This document shows, in pieces, positions 1-12,504 of a stretch of 64,000 nucleotides of DNA (its first letter is position 1; each line of letters starts with the position of its first letter). Below the pieces are notes generated by a model. That model was not told the DNA's origin and did no database searches. It worked only from the letters and a program-made list of their open reading frames with translations. A program made the position numbers and the translations under genes. The stretch spans positions 148,056,001 to 148,120,000 of the forward strand of contig OX597815.1 in the NCBI GenBank assembly GCA_951406725.2, in the 5' to 3' direction. Source of the DNA: Octopus vulgaris. Lineage: Eukaryota.

Positions 1-277
1 ATTTCGCTGCTCAATATGTATAATTTTCACATAGCGTATTTGACAAAATTGTCCTAGATATACCGTCAGATAAATATTTGGCATTGGTGGAGTTAAAATG
101 TTGCAGGTAGAATGGATATCATCATATACTTCAAAGAAATATATTGATGTTTGTGATACTTCGAATTACGTCATTGCAACATAAATATATATAAATATAA
201 GTTTGATGAATATTGGACACTGATGTAAAACTGCATATCGATCACGACTCACCATTAATTAGATATAGTAAATATAG

Positions 278-685
278 GTGTAGGAGTGGCTCTGTGGTAA
301 GTAGCTTGCTTACCAGCCACATGGTTCCGGGTTCATACCCACTGCGTGGCACCATCGGCAACTGTCCTCTACTATAGCCTTCGGCCGACCAAAGCATTCT
401 GAGTGGATTTGGTAGACGGAAACTGGAAGAAGCCCGTCGTATATATGTATATATATGTATGTGTGTATATGTTTGTGTGTCTGTGTTTGTCCCCCCCCCA
501 CCATTGCTTGACAACCGATGGTGGTGTGTTTACGTCCCCGTAACTTAGCCGTTCAGTAAAAAGAGTCTGCTAGAATAATTACTAGGCTTACAAAGAATAA
601 GTCCTGGGGTCGATTTGCACGACTAAAGGCGGTGCTCCAGTATGGCCGCAGTCAAATGACTTTAAACAAGTAAAAGAGAGTAAAG
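278..685 (+). mobile_element. tRNA-derived SINE family A, full length (internal TA/TG microsatellite, LINE-like 3' tail)
   Basis: A-box-like GTGGCTCTGTGGTAAG, B-box-like GGGTTCATACCC, tail GGCGGTGCTCCAGTATGGCCGCAGTCAAATGAC...GTAAAAGA; flanked by AATATAG (271-277/686-692, probable TSD); several homologous copies elsewhere in the window. Confidence 0.9.
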
Positions 686-1689
686 AATATAGCATTCAAT
701 TGCAGATTATTATATAATCTCACATTCACAGAATCAACAACTTCTTTCAGTAGCGCTACTGGATTTCTTTAATCGCTTCCTGATTCCAAACTGTGTAATG
801 TGATTCAAATGTCACACGTTGGGTTTATTTTTCATTGCATTCCTACAAACCTGCAATTGATGCAGTGTAAGAGCAACATCATCATGTGATGGAGAACAAA
901 CAGACAATTACTTTAAATTCATACAAAAGAATTTCAAAAATGGAAGAACATATTTGGATATTAACTGCTTTAAATTTTATCTTACTCCATGGAGTGACCT
1001 TCCGCTTAATTGTTATGGCTAGTTTGATGCGACAATTGAATTGCGCCTTTGGCTGATAATGGAGATCTCTAATGATTGGATGACTTTCGAAGTACATATT
1101 TTTCTGTAATATAGTAACGTATCATGTAGGATAAAAATGCAAAAAAAAAAAATATGATGCGGCACTGAGGGACTGGCACATAATTTATCGGTCCTAAAAT
1201 TTTGGAGCTTTAAAGTTGACACGCGAGGATTTATAAGCAGTTTGCTGAGAATTCTAATGAACACTGAAATTAATCTGCGAAATCACATTCTATTGGTTAG
1301 CGATAATGTGCAATGGCTAGCAGATAATTCAGTGAAGCCAAATAAGTGACCTTGCAAGTGGTGTCCCATTTCCGTGGAGCGATGCTCAATCATGCCGGTC
1401 AATTCCGGTGACCCCATAACCCTGATACGGTCCAGTATATGGAGGGCTCAGCTGCTACCACATACACTAACACACATACACACACAAACTCAAACACAAA
1501 CATAGACACACACGCACCGCCCTCACACACTCACATACATATCTGTGCACATGAAAATAATGTTAGTATCTTTGAATGTGAGACTGGCGGTACTTCAATT
1601 TTTGCTGAACAACATTCACAAATGATTTATAGCTCCCACTCCCCATGAAGTCCACATTAATTTCACTAGTGCACGGAGTGTCTCACATA

Positions 1690-1825
1690 CAATGTTGAAG
1701 GGAGCCTACAGCAACATGAAACGAAATGTTTAGCTTAAACACACACTGTACACCATGTACGGGATTCGAACCCTCGATCACACAATCACAAGAGCAACGC
1801 CCTAAACAATAGGCCATGCACACTC
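1690..1825 (-). mobile_element. degenerate tRNA-derived SINE head
   Basis: Reverse strand reads GGCCTATTGTTTAGGGCGTTG...GGGTTCGAATCCCG (A/B-box-like); resembles the 6564-6900 element. Confidence 0.5.
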
Positions 1826-2371
1826 ACATGCATGGCCTAGTGCGCACCCGTGCATGCGTGTATGCACGCATGTATGTATGTGTGTCATTCAGTTTTATTT
1901 CAAGATTTCTTGCCAATAAAGAAAGTTTCTAACCTAGATTCAAGGTTCTTTCTTTGGAATTTCAACACCAACAAGGTATGTGTATATGTATAAATGTATG
2001 TATGCATGTGTGCAGATTTGTATGTTTTGCTGTATGTATGTATGCATTTTATGCTTACAGCTGCATATCTAGATATGCTGATATATATTAAAATGATACA
2101 GGTCTAGAATGTTGCACAGAATGTTACAGTTCCAGTGATGGACTTTATCTCTAGTCTTCGAATTAGATACATACATACATGCACAAAAATACATACATAC
2201 AAACACACACATGTACACATAGATGCATATATTTAGCTAAGATGAATTTTGTCAATTAGGACATTCCTATCAGAGTAGCACCATATATATACACACACTC
2301 ATGTACATATATATGTATACATATGTGTATGTTTGTGTGTATATATTTGGGAATGTATTTATGCATGCATG

Positions 2372-2414
<43 letters not shown>

Positions 2415-2429
2415 ATATACATACATATA

Positions 2430-2496
<67 letters not shown>

Positions 2497-2500
<4 letters not shown>

Positions 2501-2623
2501 CAAAATAAGTGACAAGGACATCCAGAGAAATTGCAGTACGATCGTTTCATGTAACTCGCATCGCTTCATGGATTTGCATGAAACGATCGTACTACATTAC
2601 TGCATTACTGGATATTTTGATTT
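2497..2623. repeat. fold-back (inverted) fragment of a PLE-type terminal repeat
   Basis: Perfect 17-bp IR AGTACGATCGTTTCATG (2535-2551)/CATGAAACGATCGTACT (2577-2593) with imperfect outer arms; related sequence at ~9190-9260; directly follows (TA)n. Confidence 0.6.
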
Positions 2624-2702
2624 AATCACCTTATTTTGAAATTGTATGGATAATGCCATACTAAATTCTGAATCTATGAATCTATGAATCTCTCTGTCTC
2701 TC

Positions 2703-2764
<62 letters not shown>

Positions 2765-3189
2765 TATCTGAGTATTTTCGTGTATGTATACGCGTATCTG
2801 CATGCGTTGGGGTATATATGTGTTTATATGTATAATGAATTCTTTCCCTAAAGCCCTACATACATGTAAATTTCTAATTGAATTATTCCCACTGAAATGC
2901 AAGGAAATCTCTTTAAGAAATAGTATTTCGCAGATAATGATGTTCACTATATTTATTTCCCCACATCAATTCCCTGGTGTATATTTTTCCATCTAGGAGG
3001 AGCATTCTGTTTTCATTTTCATAGCGTCAAGTACAGGATAAGGATTCCATAAATTTTGAGGTGTAACCATAATTATAAACACACAAAATTGACACACCTA
3101 CAAAAACACGCATTATAAATATGTATGTGTGTGTGTTTCGGTATATGTATGTATATGCATTCACACACACATGTACATGTATATAACTA

Positions 3190-3276
<87 letters not shown>

Positions 3277-3285
3277 TATATATAT

Positions 3286-3391
3286 ATTTCTTTACTACCC
3301 ACAAAGGGCTAAACATAGAGGGGACAAAGAAAGACAGACAAATGGATTAAGTCGATTACATCAACCCTAGTGCGAAACTGGTACTTTAATT
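3286..3391 (-). mobile_element. SINE family B, 3' fragment
   Basis: TTTACTACCCACAAAGGGCTAAACATAGAGGGGACAAA...GTCGATTACATC matches 9664-9807 and 57781-58006. Confidence 0.8.
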
Positions 3392-3660
3392 GTACCCTTA
3401 ACGTAGTTCTCGGGGTGATTCAGCATGACACATAGTGTGACAAGGCTGGCCCTTTGAAATAGAGGTACAACAGGAACAAGAAGAAAGAGTTAGTGAAAGT
3501 TGTGCTGACAGAGTACATCAGAGTTCACCACCACCGGAGTCTCATCGAGTTTTAGGACTGTTCGCTCAATAAACACTTACATCATCCGGTCTATGAATCG
3601 AAGCCGCCATCCTACGACTGCAAGTCCGCTACCCTAACTACTGGGCCCTAGCGATTCCAC
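3392..3660 (-). mobile_element. tRNA-derived SINE family C
   Basis: Reverse strand begins GGCCCAGTAGTTAGGGTAGCGGACTTGCAGTCGTAGGATGGCGGCTTCGATTC (tRNA-like A/B boxes) followed by a unique body. Confidence 0.65.
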
Positions 3661-4453
3661 TTATATGAAGGTATATGTGTGTGTATGCCTTTGTGTGTGA
3701 TTGTGTGTGTGCCCGCATCTGTGTGCGTGTGTGTGTATGTGTTATATTTATTTATTCTGTCGTGCCTCTAAGAGATTGAACCTGCTCAGTTCAGTCAATG
3801 AAACAGACAAAAAAGAACATTTTTTGAATGAGGGAAACGAATATTTGTATATCTTTTATCGGTTTGTCGAACATACCTTTATCATATTTTTCTAGTCGAG
3901 CTGTCTGATTTTATTAGATATCGCCATCCGCAAAAAATATTGATGATAATAATAGTATGCATTTTATTCAAGTTAATAGTTTAAACGCAATCATAAATAT
4001 AACAAGGTTTCTTTGTCAGTTGTCTACTTCACAATAGATTGTATAGTAATTATTTTGTTGCTGTATACAGTTGTACATAAATTATCTAAAATCACATCAA
4101 AACATCCATAAAAAGTATACATTTGAGATACGTTTCTCAAAAGTTGTCTTACATAGAGCAGAGTGTGGTATATTAACCGTGAAACTAATACTGGTTTGAG
4201 TAAATCCAAGAATAATTTTTATTTCATATACATACGACACGAGGATTTCTTGAATGTCAGCAGCAGATACTAATGCGTGTAAATGGGCGCATGGATGTGA
4301 GGTAAAGAGTTATGGTGAACATCAGCCAGAAAATTGATTCCGATTACCAGGTGAAATACGACTAATGCATAAATGTTCACTGAACAATAGTAGTAAGCAA
4401 CGAATAACAAATCTATTTCTTGATGCTTTAAAGTTTCGTAACCTGGAGTATAC

Positions 4454-4498
<45 letters not shown>

Positions 4499-4500
4499 CC

Positions 4501-4570
<70 letters not shown>

Positions 4571-4571
<1 letters not shown>

Positions 4572-4909
4572 TCTTTTACTTGTTTCAGTCATTTGACTGC
4601 GAGCATGCTGGAGCACCGCCTTTAGTCCAGCAAATCGACCCCAGGACTTATTCTTTGTAAGCCCAGTACTTATTCTATCGATCTCTTTTGCCGAACCGCT
4701 AAGTGACGGAGACGTAAAAACAAAAGCATCGGTTGTCAAGCGATGCTGGGGTACAAATACAAACATACACGCACACACAAATATACATATATACGACAGG
4801 CTTTTTTCAGTTTCCGTCTACCAAATCCACTCACAAGGCATTGGTCGGCCCGGGGCTATAGCAGAAGACACTTGCCCGAGGTGTCACACAGTGGGACTGA
4901 ACCCGGAAC
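4571..4909 (-). mobile_element. SINE family A, head truncated
   Basis: Reverse complement of the 278-685 body and tail; a separate plus-strand head fragment lies at 4928-4965. Confidence 0.9.
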
Positions 4910-5067
4910 TATATTTATTTATTTATAGGCGCAGGAGCGGCTGTGTGGTAAGTAGCTTGCTTACAGGTTGCTTCTGCGCTTGTGTGAGTCAGTGTTGTGT
5001 TTGGCACTGAAGCGGTGAAGACGTGCTTTTGAAGCCGTCTTGAATTTGAAAAGTTTTGAAGCCCCAT

Positions 5068-6110
5068 TGTAAGGTAAGATGTATAGAGGGACGATGCAGT
5101 AACAAGACAACGACATACCTAGGGAAAACGGCAAGAAGCATAGGAGAGCGGGTAAATGAGCATTGGAGACAACTCAAGGAAGGTAAAAGCTCATTGATTC
5201 TGTACCAACACGCCGAACAAGAACACGGGGGATCAATCAATAACATAGAAATTAAAATATTATCCACACATAAATCAGATGAAACAATTAGACAAATTAC
5301 AGAAGCTACACACATAATAGAAAATAAACCTAGCCTGAAAAGAAAACTAGAATGGAGTACTAACACACACCACAACATATGACGATAGAGGATCCTGAAA
5401 ACATAATAAATACACAGATAAATAAATAAACTAATAGAAATAAATAACTATATATATGTATGTGTATGTATATGTATATATATATATTTATTTGGATTCA
5501 ATTTATTATTATTATTACTAGTATTGTTGTTATACATACATACATACATACAAGCATGTGTAATGATAATAATGGGTGGATGTAAACACATGAACAAAAT
5601 AAGAATAAACAAAAACAACAAAAACAAAAAACAAAATACAAATTACATGAACATATAAAATTACAAATTACATGAACATATATAAACAGAAGATACAAAT
5701 ATTACAGGCATCCCCCACATACACACACTAAATAAACATAAACGCACATAGAGATATAAGCATGCGCAAATGAAGACATACAATAGAAATACAAAATGGC
5801 TGACGGTTAGTAAGGAGAGACACAAATAAGTAAGAAGAAAACAAAGGACCACTGATGCGGTCACAGGAGTGTGACGAAAGAACACTGGCAGAAATAAGAT
5901 TTAGATTAATGTGAAAAAAATAATAGCACTGAAGCAAAGTAACACCAAGTATATAGTGCGTGTGTTTTTATTGGCTAAACTGGCAAAATGACCATTCCTA
6001 AATACAACAATATCTGTTTCAACACACGACTTCACATAAAAAATCTTGCACAACAAATATTTAAACGTATATATAAATTAAAAAATAAGGGCAAAAGAAG
6101 AATTCTAATG
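5068..6110 (+). mobile_element. Penelope-like element 3' fragment: GIY-YIG endonuclease remnant plus terminal repeat
   Basis: ORF 5056-5382 KVRCIEGRC...TYLGKTARSIGERVNEH...LYQHAEQEH...RQITEATHIIENKPSL is a GIY-YIG pattern; downstream hammerhead-like motif at 5849-5888; sister copy at 50260-50880. Confidence 0.8.
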
Positions 6111-6293
6111 CCAAATATGCCGAAGAAAAGACAAAATTGTCAATAACCATTATAATTTATGCGTCTCGAAACAAGCCGATAGAAATTTCTAAAAAATCCG
6201 TCATTACCGTATTGGTCCGAATTTCGGGGTTAATTCATAAGAATTTTCCCCTCTTCAGCGATAAATGTGTAAGACATAAATGTAATACTTACT

Positions 6294-6345
<52 letters not shown>

Positions 6346-6425
6346 CACATATATATATATATATATCTATATGTATATATATATATACATATATATATAT
6401 ACACATATATATATATATATCTATA

Positions 6426-6458
<33 letters not shown>

Positions 6459-6563
6459 CTATATGTGTATATATACATATATATATATATATCTATATGT
6501 ATATATATATATACAAACACACATATATATATATATCTATATGTATATATATATACACATATA

Positions 6564-6900
6564 AAGGGTAAAGACACCCTTCGGTCATGAATGACCATGG
6601 GATTGCACCTAGAAAGTTACCCTCCTAGACACAAGTCCGGGCAAGGTTGTTTATGGAAGACCAGCAGCCGCCCATGCATACCAGCCTCCCTCTCCACGCC
6701 ACCAGTATTATCCAAGGGAAAGACAAAGGTCGATACAGCTTTGCACCAGTGACGTCGCAACTCATTTCTACAGCTGAGTGAACTGGAGCAACGTGAAAAT
6801 AAAGTGCCTTGCTCAAGAACACAACACGCAGCCTGGTCCGGGATTCGAGCTCACAACCTCACGATTGTAAGCTCGACGCTCTAACCACTGAGCCATGCGC
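6564..6900 (-). mobile_element. tRNA-derived SINE family D, full length
   Basis: Reverse strand GCGCATGGCTCAGTGGTTAGAGCG...GAGCTCGAATCCCGG head, conserved-looking core TGTGTTCTTGAGCAAGGCACTTTA, hairpin-rich tail; embedded in (TA)n. Confidence 0.85.
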
Positions 6901-7092
6901 ATATATATATATATCTATATGCATATATATACACACATATATACACACATATATATATATATATATATATATGCATATATATATACTCACATATATATAT
7001 ATATCTATATGTATATATATATATACACATATATATATATATATATATCGATATATATATATACATATATATTTATATATCTATATACATAT

Positions 7093-7370
7093 AACTGAAA
7101 GAAGTCTACCGTATATATGTATGTATGTATGTGTGTGTATGTGTGTGTATATGTTTGTGTGTCTGTGTTTGTCCCTCTAGCATTGTTTGACAACCGATGC
7201 TGGCGTGTTTACGTCCCCGTCACATAGCGGTTCGGCAAAAGAGACCAATAGAATAAGTACTGGGCTTACAAAGAATAAGTCCAGGGGTTGATTTGCTCGA
7301 CTAAAGGCGGTGCTCGATCATGGCCGCAGTCAAATGACTGAAACAAGTAAAAGAGTAAAGAGTAAAAGAG
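7093..7370 (+). mobile_element. SINE family A, 3' half
   Basis: AACTGAAAGAAG...GGCGGTGCTCGATCATGGCCGCAGTCAAATGACTGAAACAAGTAAAAGAG. Confidence 0.9.
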
Positions 7371-7377
7371 TATATAT

Positions 7378-7448
<71 letters not shown>

Positions 7449-7805
7449 TATACATATATATATACATACATATATACATATATATATACATATATATATA
7501 TACATATGTATATACATATGTATATACATATATATATACATATATATATACATACATATATATACATATATATATACATATATATACATATATATATACA
7601 TATATATACATATATATATATACATATATATACATATATATATACATATATATATATACATATATATTTATACATATATATATATACATATATATATATA
7701 CATATATATTTATACATATATATTTATACATATATATTTATACATATATATTTATACATATATATATACCTATATACATATATATTTATACATATATATT
7801 TATAG

Positions 7806-7840
<35 letters not shown>

Positions 7841-7853
7841 TATACACACACAC

Positions 7854-7889
<36 letters not shown>

Positions 7890-7950
7890 CTATACGTATA
7901 TATATATCTATGTATATACACACACACACACATATATATATATGTATATG
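7371..7950. repeat. compound (TA)n/(TACA) microsatellite
   Basis: Direct inspection. Confidence 0.95.
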
Positions 7951-8060
7951 TGTGTGTGTTTGTGTGTCTGCGTTTGTCACCCCAACATCGCTTGCCAACC
8001 GATGCTGGGGTGTTTACGTCCCCGTAAATTAGCGGTTCGGCAAAAGAGACCGATTGAATC
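7950..8060 (+). mobile_element. SINE family A internal fragment
   Basis: TGTTTGTGTGTCTGCGTTTGTC...GCGGTTCGGCAAAAGAGACCGAT, then abrupt end. Confidence 0.8.
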
Positions 8061-8061
8061 A

Positions 8062-9000
8062 GTTCTATTCCTTGTGATTTGCATAAGTGGTTGCTGACAG
8101 CACGTTGGATCTCCTGGTTTAGTCGGACTTCATATTTTCTAGTAAAAAGAGTTGTCTCTTTGGTTTGTCACTTGGTTATTTGGTTTTTATGGTTTTTCCA
8201 TTGTTATTCCATTGTCTTCTTTATTCGGTTGTAGTATGTGAAATGTGGTTGTATTTTGTTTTTGTTGTCATAGGTCTCCTTTGTTGCTGTTTATATTTAT
8301 TTTTCGGTCGTTTTGTGCCCTTCAGATGGTGGTGGCTGCATTCTGGTTTGAAGCACATCTTTAGTGACATAGAAGTTTGGCACAGTTTGGGATTGAAGAA
8401 GGTGCATTCATATTTAAGATCGGGGCCATGGACTCTGTATTTAGCTCAATATTTGGGATGGAGGTGAAGGCAGTTTTTCCCGTTATGCCATACGGACAGG
8501 TGCCCTTGGCGAGTCTACGGCATAAGGTAGGATGGAAAAAAGCACAGCGTCCATTGTGTTGGTGCCACTGGGGCCATATCTACAGTTGCCTTGAGAATGG
8601 TAACGACAGGGTTTTTGACGTTTGCATAGGTTTTTCTATACTGTCAGGCTCATTGGTCAGTGGTCGTAGCATTAGCAGACTGTTGTTGTTGTTGCTGTTG
8701 CCGGAGTTAAACTTGACTTGCAACATTAGGGCTGGGTGGAATCAGATCAGATAGTGGTGCCAAACAAGGTACCTCCATTGTAGTAGCACTAGCAGGCAGT
8801 TGTGGTTGTGAGTCCTGGCTTGCCACGGTAGTGTTGGGTGGAATTAGGTCAGATAGCGATATCAATGAGGATGTTTTTTGTTGCTGGCTAGCAGGTCATT
8901 GAAGTGACCCCTGACCTGTTGGAGTTGGGTCAGTTAGTGCACTACATACGTTGACAAGTATAGCTTCTTGTGTTGCCATGTGCGTGTGTAAAGTATGAAA
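8062..9000 (-). pseudogene. decayed LINE ORF1 remnant with tandem CCCH-type zinc fingers
   Basis: Manual minus-strand translation across two frameshifts and one stop: PCRYHSQGNCRYGPSG../GRCAFFHPTLCRRLAKGTCPYGITGK/NCLHLHPKY*...ECTFFNPKLCQTSMSLKMCFKPECSHHHLKGTKR; ATG at 8979; similar finger in ORF1 at ~40540-40605. Confidence 0.7.
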
Positions 9001-9276
9001 TGATCTTGTGATTTCCTTGTTTTCGAACTGTTTTACAGATCTGTTAAAAGATTGTGATGCTAATTTTTCAGCGACATTCCCATAGACATTACCTTTTACA
9101 TAATCGTCATATATAATCAAGATTAGGCAGTCAAGTTGAAGCACCAAATTAGTCCGGTATTATCCTCACAGCTCGAAGTAAGATGAAGAAAATCAAAATA
9201 AGCCATAGGATATCATGTATTAATGCAGTACCACCGTTTCAAGCTGGTTATTTTGATTTATGCACACACACACACA

Positions 9277-9610
9277 TCGTATTTGATGGGCTATAAGATG
9301 CATCTCTTAAATTAAGATGGCTTTCAAAAACCTTATGCGTCCAAAGCACTCAATGCAGGATAAAAATTCGCTCAAAACAGTATATATGTTTACAAAACGT
9401 GCGCTGCCGTCTAGTAGTGTACAATCGCCTACAGTATGTATATATCGACTATGAATGTAATAAATTGCTCATAATTACCGGTAATAACGAAGTCGTATAG
9501 GTAAGAAGAGGAATTATAACATTACTTTAATGGTAATTTATTCCAAAAAAATATCGACTAGGCTAGGGAGCGTCCTATGCTTTCGTGCGTCCTATAGGCC
9601 ATCAGATACG

Positions 9611-9611
<1 letters not shown>
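9277..9611. mobile_element. MITE with ~26-bp imperfect TIRs (Tc1/mariner pogo-like)
   Basis: Left TCGTATTTGATGGGCTATAAGATGCA vs right reverse complement CCGTATCTGATGGCCTATAGGACGCA; non-coding interior. Confidence 0.65.
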
Positions 9612-9663
<52 letters not shown>

Positions 9664-9667
<4 letters not shown>

Positions 9668-9807
9668 CTACCCACAAGAGGGTAAACAGAGAGGGGACAA
9701 ACAAGGACAGACAAACGGATTGGGTCGATGACATCGACTCTCGTTAGTAACTGGTACTTAATTTATCGACCCCAAAAGGATGAAAGGCAAAGCCGACCTC
9801 GGTGGAA
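9664..9807 (-). mobile_element. SINE family B, 5'-truncated
   Basis: ACTGGTACTTAATTTATCGACCCCAAAAGGATGAAAGGCAAAGCCGACCTCGG core shared with other B copies. Confidence 0.85.
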
Positions 9808-9811
9808 TATA

Positions 9812-9848
<37 letters not shown>

Positions 9849-10611
9849 GCATGTATATATACATATATGTATACAATATATAATATACGCGTATGAACGT
9901 ATGTCTGTATGTGTATATACGTACATGTAACTATGTGTGGGTATCAGCGCATACACGCGAGTGTGCAGGTATGCATACATGTGAGTATGTGTGTGTGCGT
10001 GTATATATGTATACATATATATGTGTATGTATATATGAACAAATGTATACAAACTTGACTGCATGTGAATGTATACACATATCTCTCCATATATGCACAA
10101 AAGAATGTGTTTGTGTGAGTATATAAGTATGTGTGTATCCGCAGTTACGAGTTTGTGTGTGTATTTATATATGCTAAGACGTACATGTACATAAGTGTAT
10201 ATGCGTACATATATGTAAGCATATTTATCTACATATCTTATATGCCTTTGGCTGTATTTGCATGCAAGTATGGCCAAATATATTTGTTTAGTAGTGAATT
10301 TGTCCGTATATATGCATGTGTATATGTATGTGCAAGAGGGAACATGTGTGTATATATGTAAGCTGTGATATATACATATGTGCGTATATGTGCGTGCATA
10401 GGTGTGTGGACGTGCATGTGTGCGGATGCATGTATGAGTATGTGCATCTGTGTATATATGTATATGTGTAAATAAGTATGCGTATATAATATATATGTCC
10501 GAATGTGGGTGTATATGTATATATATACACCGACATTCACACATACATATATATTATATACGCATACATGCATACATACTTATTTACACATATACATTTA
10601 TTCACAGAGGG

Positions 10612-10663
<52 letters not shown>

Positions 10664-10734
10664 TGTTTTGTATACATTCGAAGCTTCTTTTCAAGGAATC
10701 TAATGGACTTAGCTTAGTATTTCCTTGGGGCTGG

Positions 10735-10855
10735 TCAGATTGGAGCAATCTCAAGATTAATCAGCTGAAAGTGCGAAGATGATCCGGTTCTTGACTGAAG
10801 ATTGAAGGCTTCGAATGTCCCGTCCTTGTTTTTTTGTATCGTCTTTTTGTATCGT
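10735..10855. repeat. interspersed repeat next to (TA)n (PLE-terminal-repeat-like), second copy at 32334-32475
   Basis: TCAAGATTAATCAGCTGAAA...GATGATCCGGTTCTTGACTGAAGATTGAAGGCTTCGAATGTCC closely matches 32335-32430. Confidence 0.6.
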
Positions 10856-10877
10856 ATATATATATATACAAATATAT

Positions 10878-10962
<85 letters not shown>

Positions 10963-10970
10963 GATAAATT

Positions 10971-11030
<60 letters not shown>

Positions 11031-12504
11031 CTTGTGTGTATGTCAGAGTGCATAGGTACATATATGTGTGTCCATTTATGTATGTTTTGCTGATTCGGTT
11101 TTTCGTCTTCAATGATTCGTAGAATACTTACTGTGGAATCATGTAATAAGGAACACATACCGCCTCCCATATTCTAACGGAAAGTGTATGGCAGTAATGT
11201 ATGTGTTAAAAATGGATTTACCATTCTCCATCCGTATATGCTTGCAATACGTATATTTCCCAATATTTCAATTTTGTAGAGTACATTAAATCTCACACCC
11301 ACCGACGCACACAAACATAAACATAAGAATTTAAATATTTTTGTTGACTTTTAACTAAAAAAAAAAAGTGTTTATATTTGTTTAAATCCTTCTTTAGGCT
11401 AAATTGTTATGTAAACAATATATTCATTTTTCCAACTGGGTAGTTTTTTAATGCTTCGAATAAAGACACGTAAAGGCTCTTCTGAAATAACAACTGGATT
11501 GAAACAGATTCTTTTATCAAATGTGCAACAATGAAAGAGCTGTAATATCTCGTGCTGAGACGTATTCCAACAAGTGTTAGGGAATATAAGAACGTCTCTG
11601 TCTAAGTGTAAGTATCTGTGTCGATTTGTGTTTTAGCTCGTCTGTGAGAGTGTTTGAAAGCGTGTTTGTGTGTATAAGTGTGTGATAGTTTCTATATGAA
11701 AATAAATATACTTTTATACATTCTCATATAAAAATCTATTCGCTGTACGTATATATGTAAAAACATTAACATGCAATTATGTATACTTATTCACAGCGTT
11801 AATGAAAGAATATAAAGTTTTAAAATGCGTGACTCTGACCTATTTACAAATTCAAAACTATATTTGATTATTTCTTCCTTCTATACTGAAGCTCATTTAC
11901 AGAAAGAGATATATATGCATCTATGTTTTTAGCAATCAGCGGCAAATTCGCAAATATAATTATAATGTCACACAGTCTTCACAGGTGCAGTTATATCCAT
12001 CACGATACAAGGAAAAAGGAATAATGCATCGTTCAATATTTGAAATTTTCTTTTATTACAATGAGAAAATTACAATATTAAATTAACAGCACGTCATCTT
12101 AACTGGAAAGATTTTGAAGCAGAATGGAAAACAATACTTTTTCGATATGTAACTCTGTAATATCTTGATAGTACCTGAAACATGATTAGAAAAATTCACA
12201 AAACATTTCCCAAAGAAATATATGTATTATTTCATTCATCACGCAATGTGAAATGACATGTTGTATCATATAGGATATATTAACTTTTTCTTTAATATAA
12301 TTCACAAGGAAATAAAGTTTGTATATCACATTTGCAGTAAACATGAAAGTAATTGCTTGGTTAAGTCAGTTTAAAATCATTTCTATTCTAATGGGAGCAA
12401 CTTTAGGAGAATATTTTGTTTCGTAAATTAAATATAATATCTATTTAAAAGCATTTGATAAATAATTTCAACTGGAAAATTTGAAGATATGAATATTGTG
12501 CATT

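Noticed and set aside
760-1110. Unique sequence with short ORFs on both strands
   Set aside because: No recognisable motif; stops in all frames; possibly an old transposon but unsupported
6820-6900. tRNA gene candidates (also 3590-3660, 15749-15825, 30511-30590)
   Set aside because: A/B boxes are present but no clean acceptor stem, and each runs into a repeat body; these are SINE-type heads
9744-10573. 266-aa His/Tyr/Thr-rich ORF
   Set aside because: Degenerate alternating purine-pyrimidine (TG/TA) repeat with no domain signal
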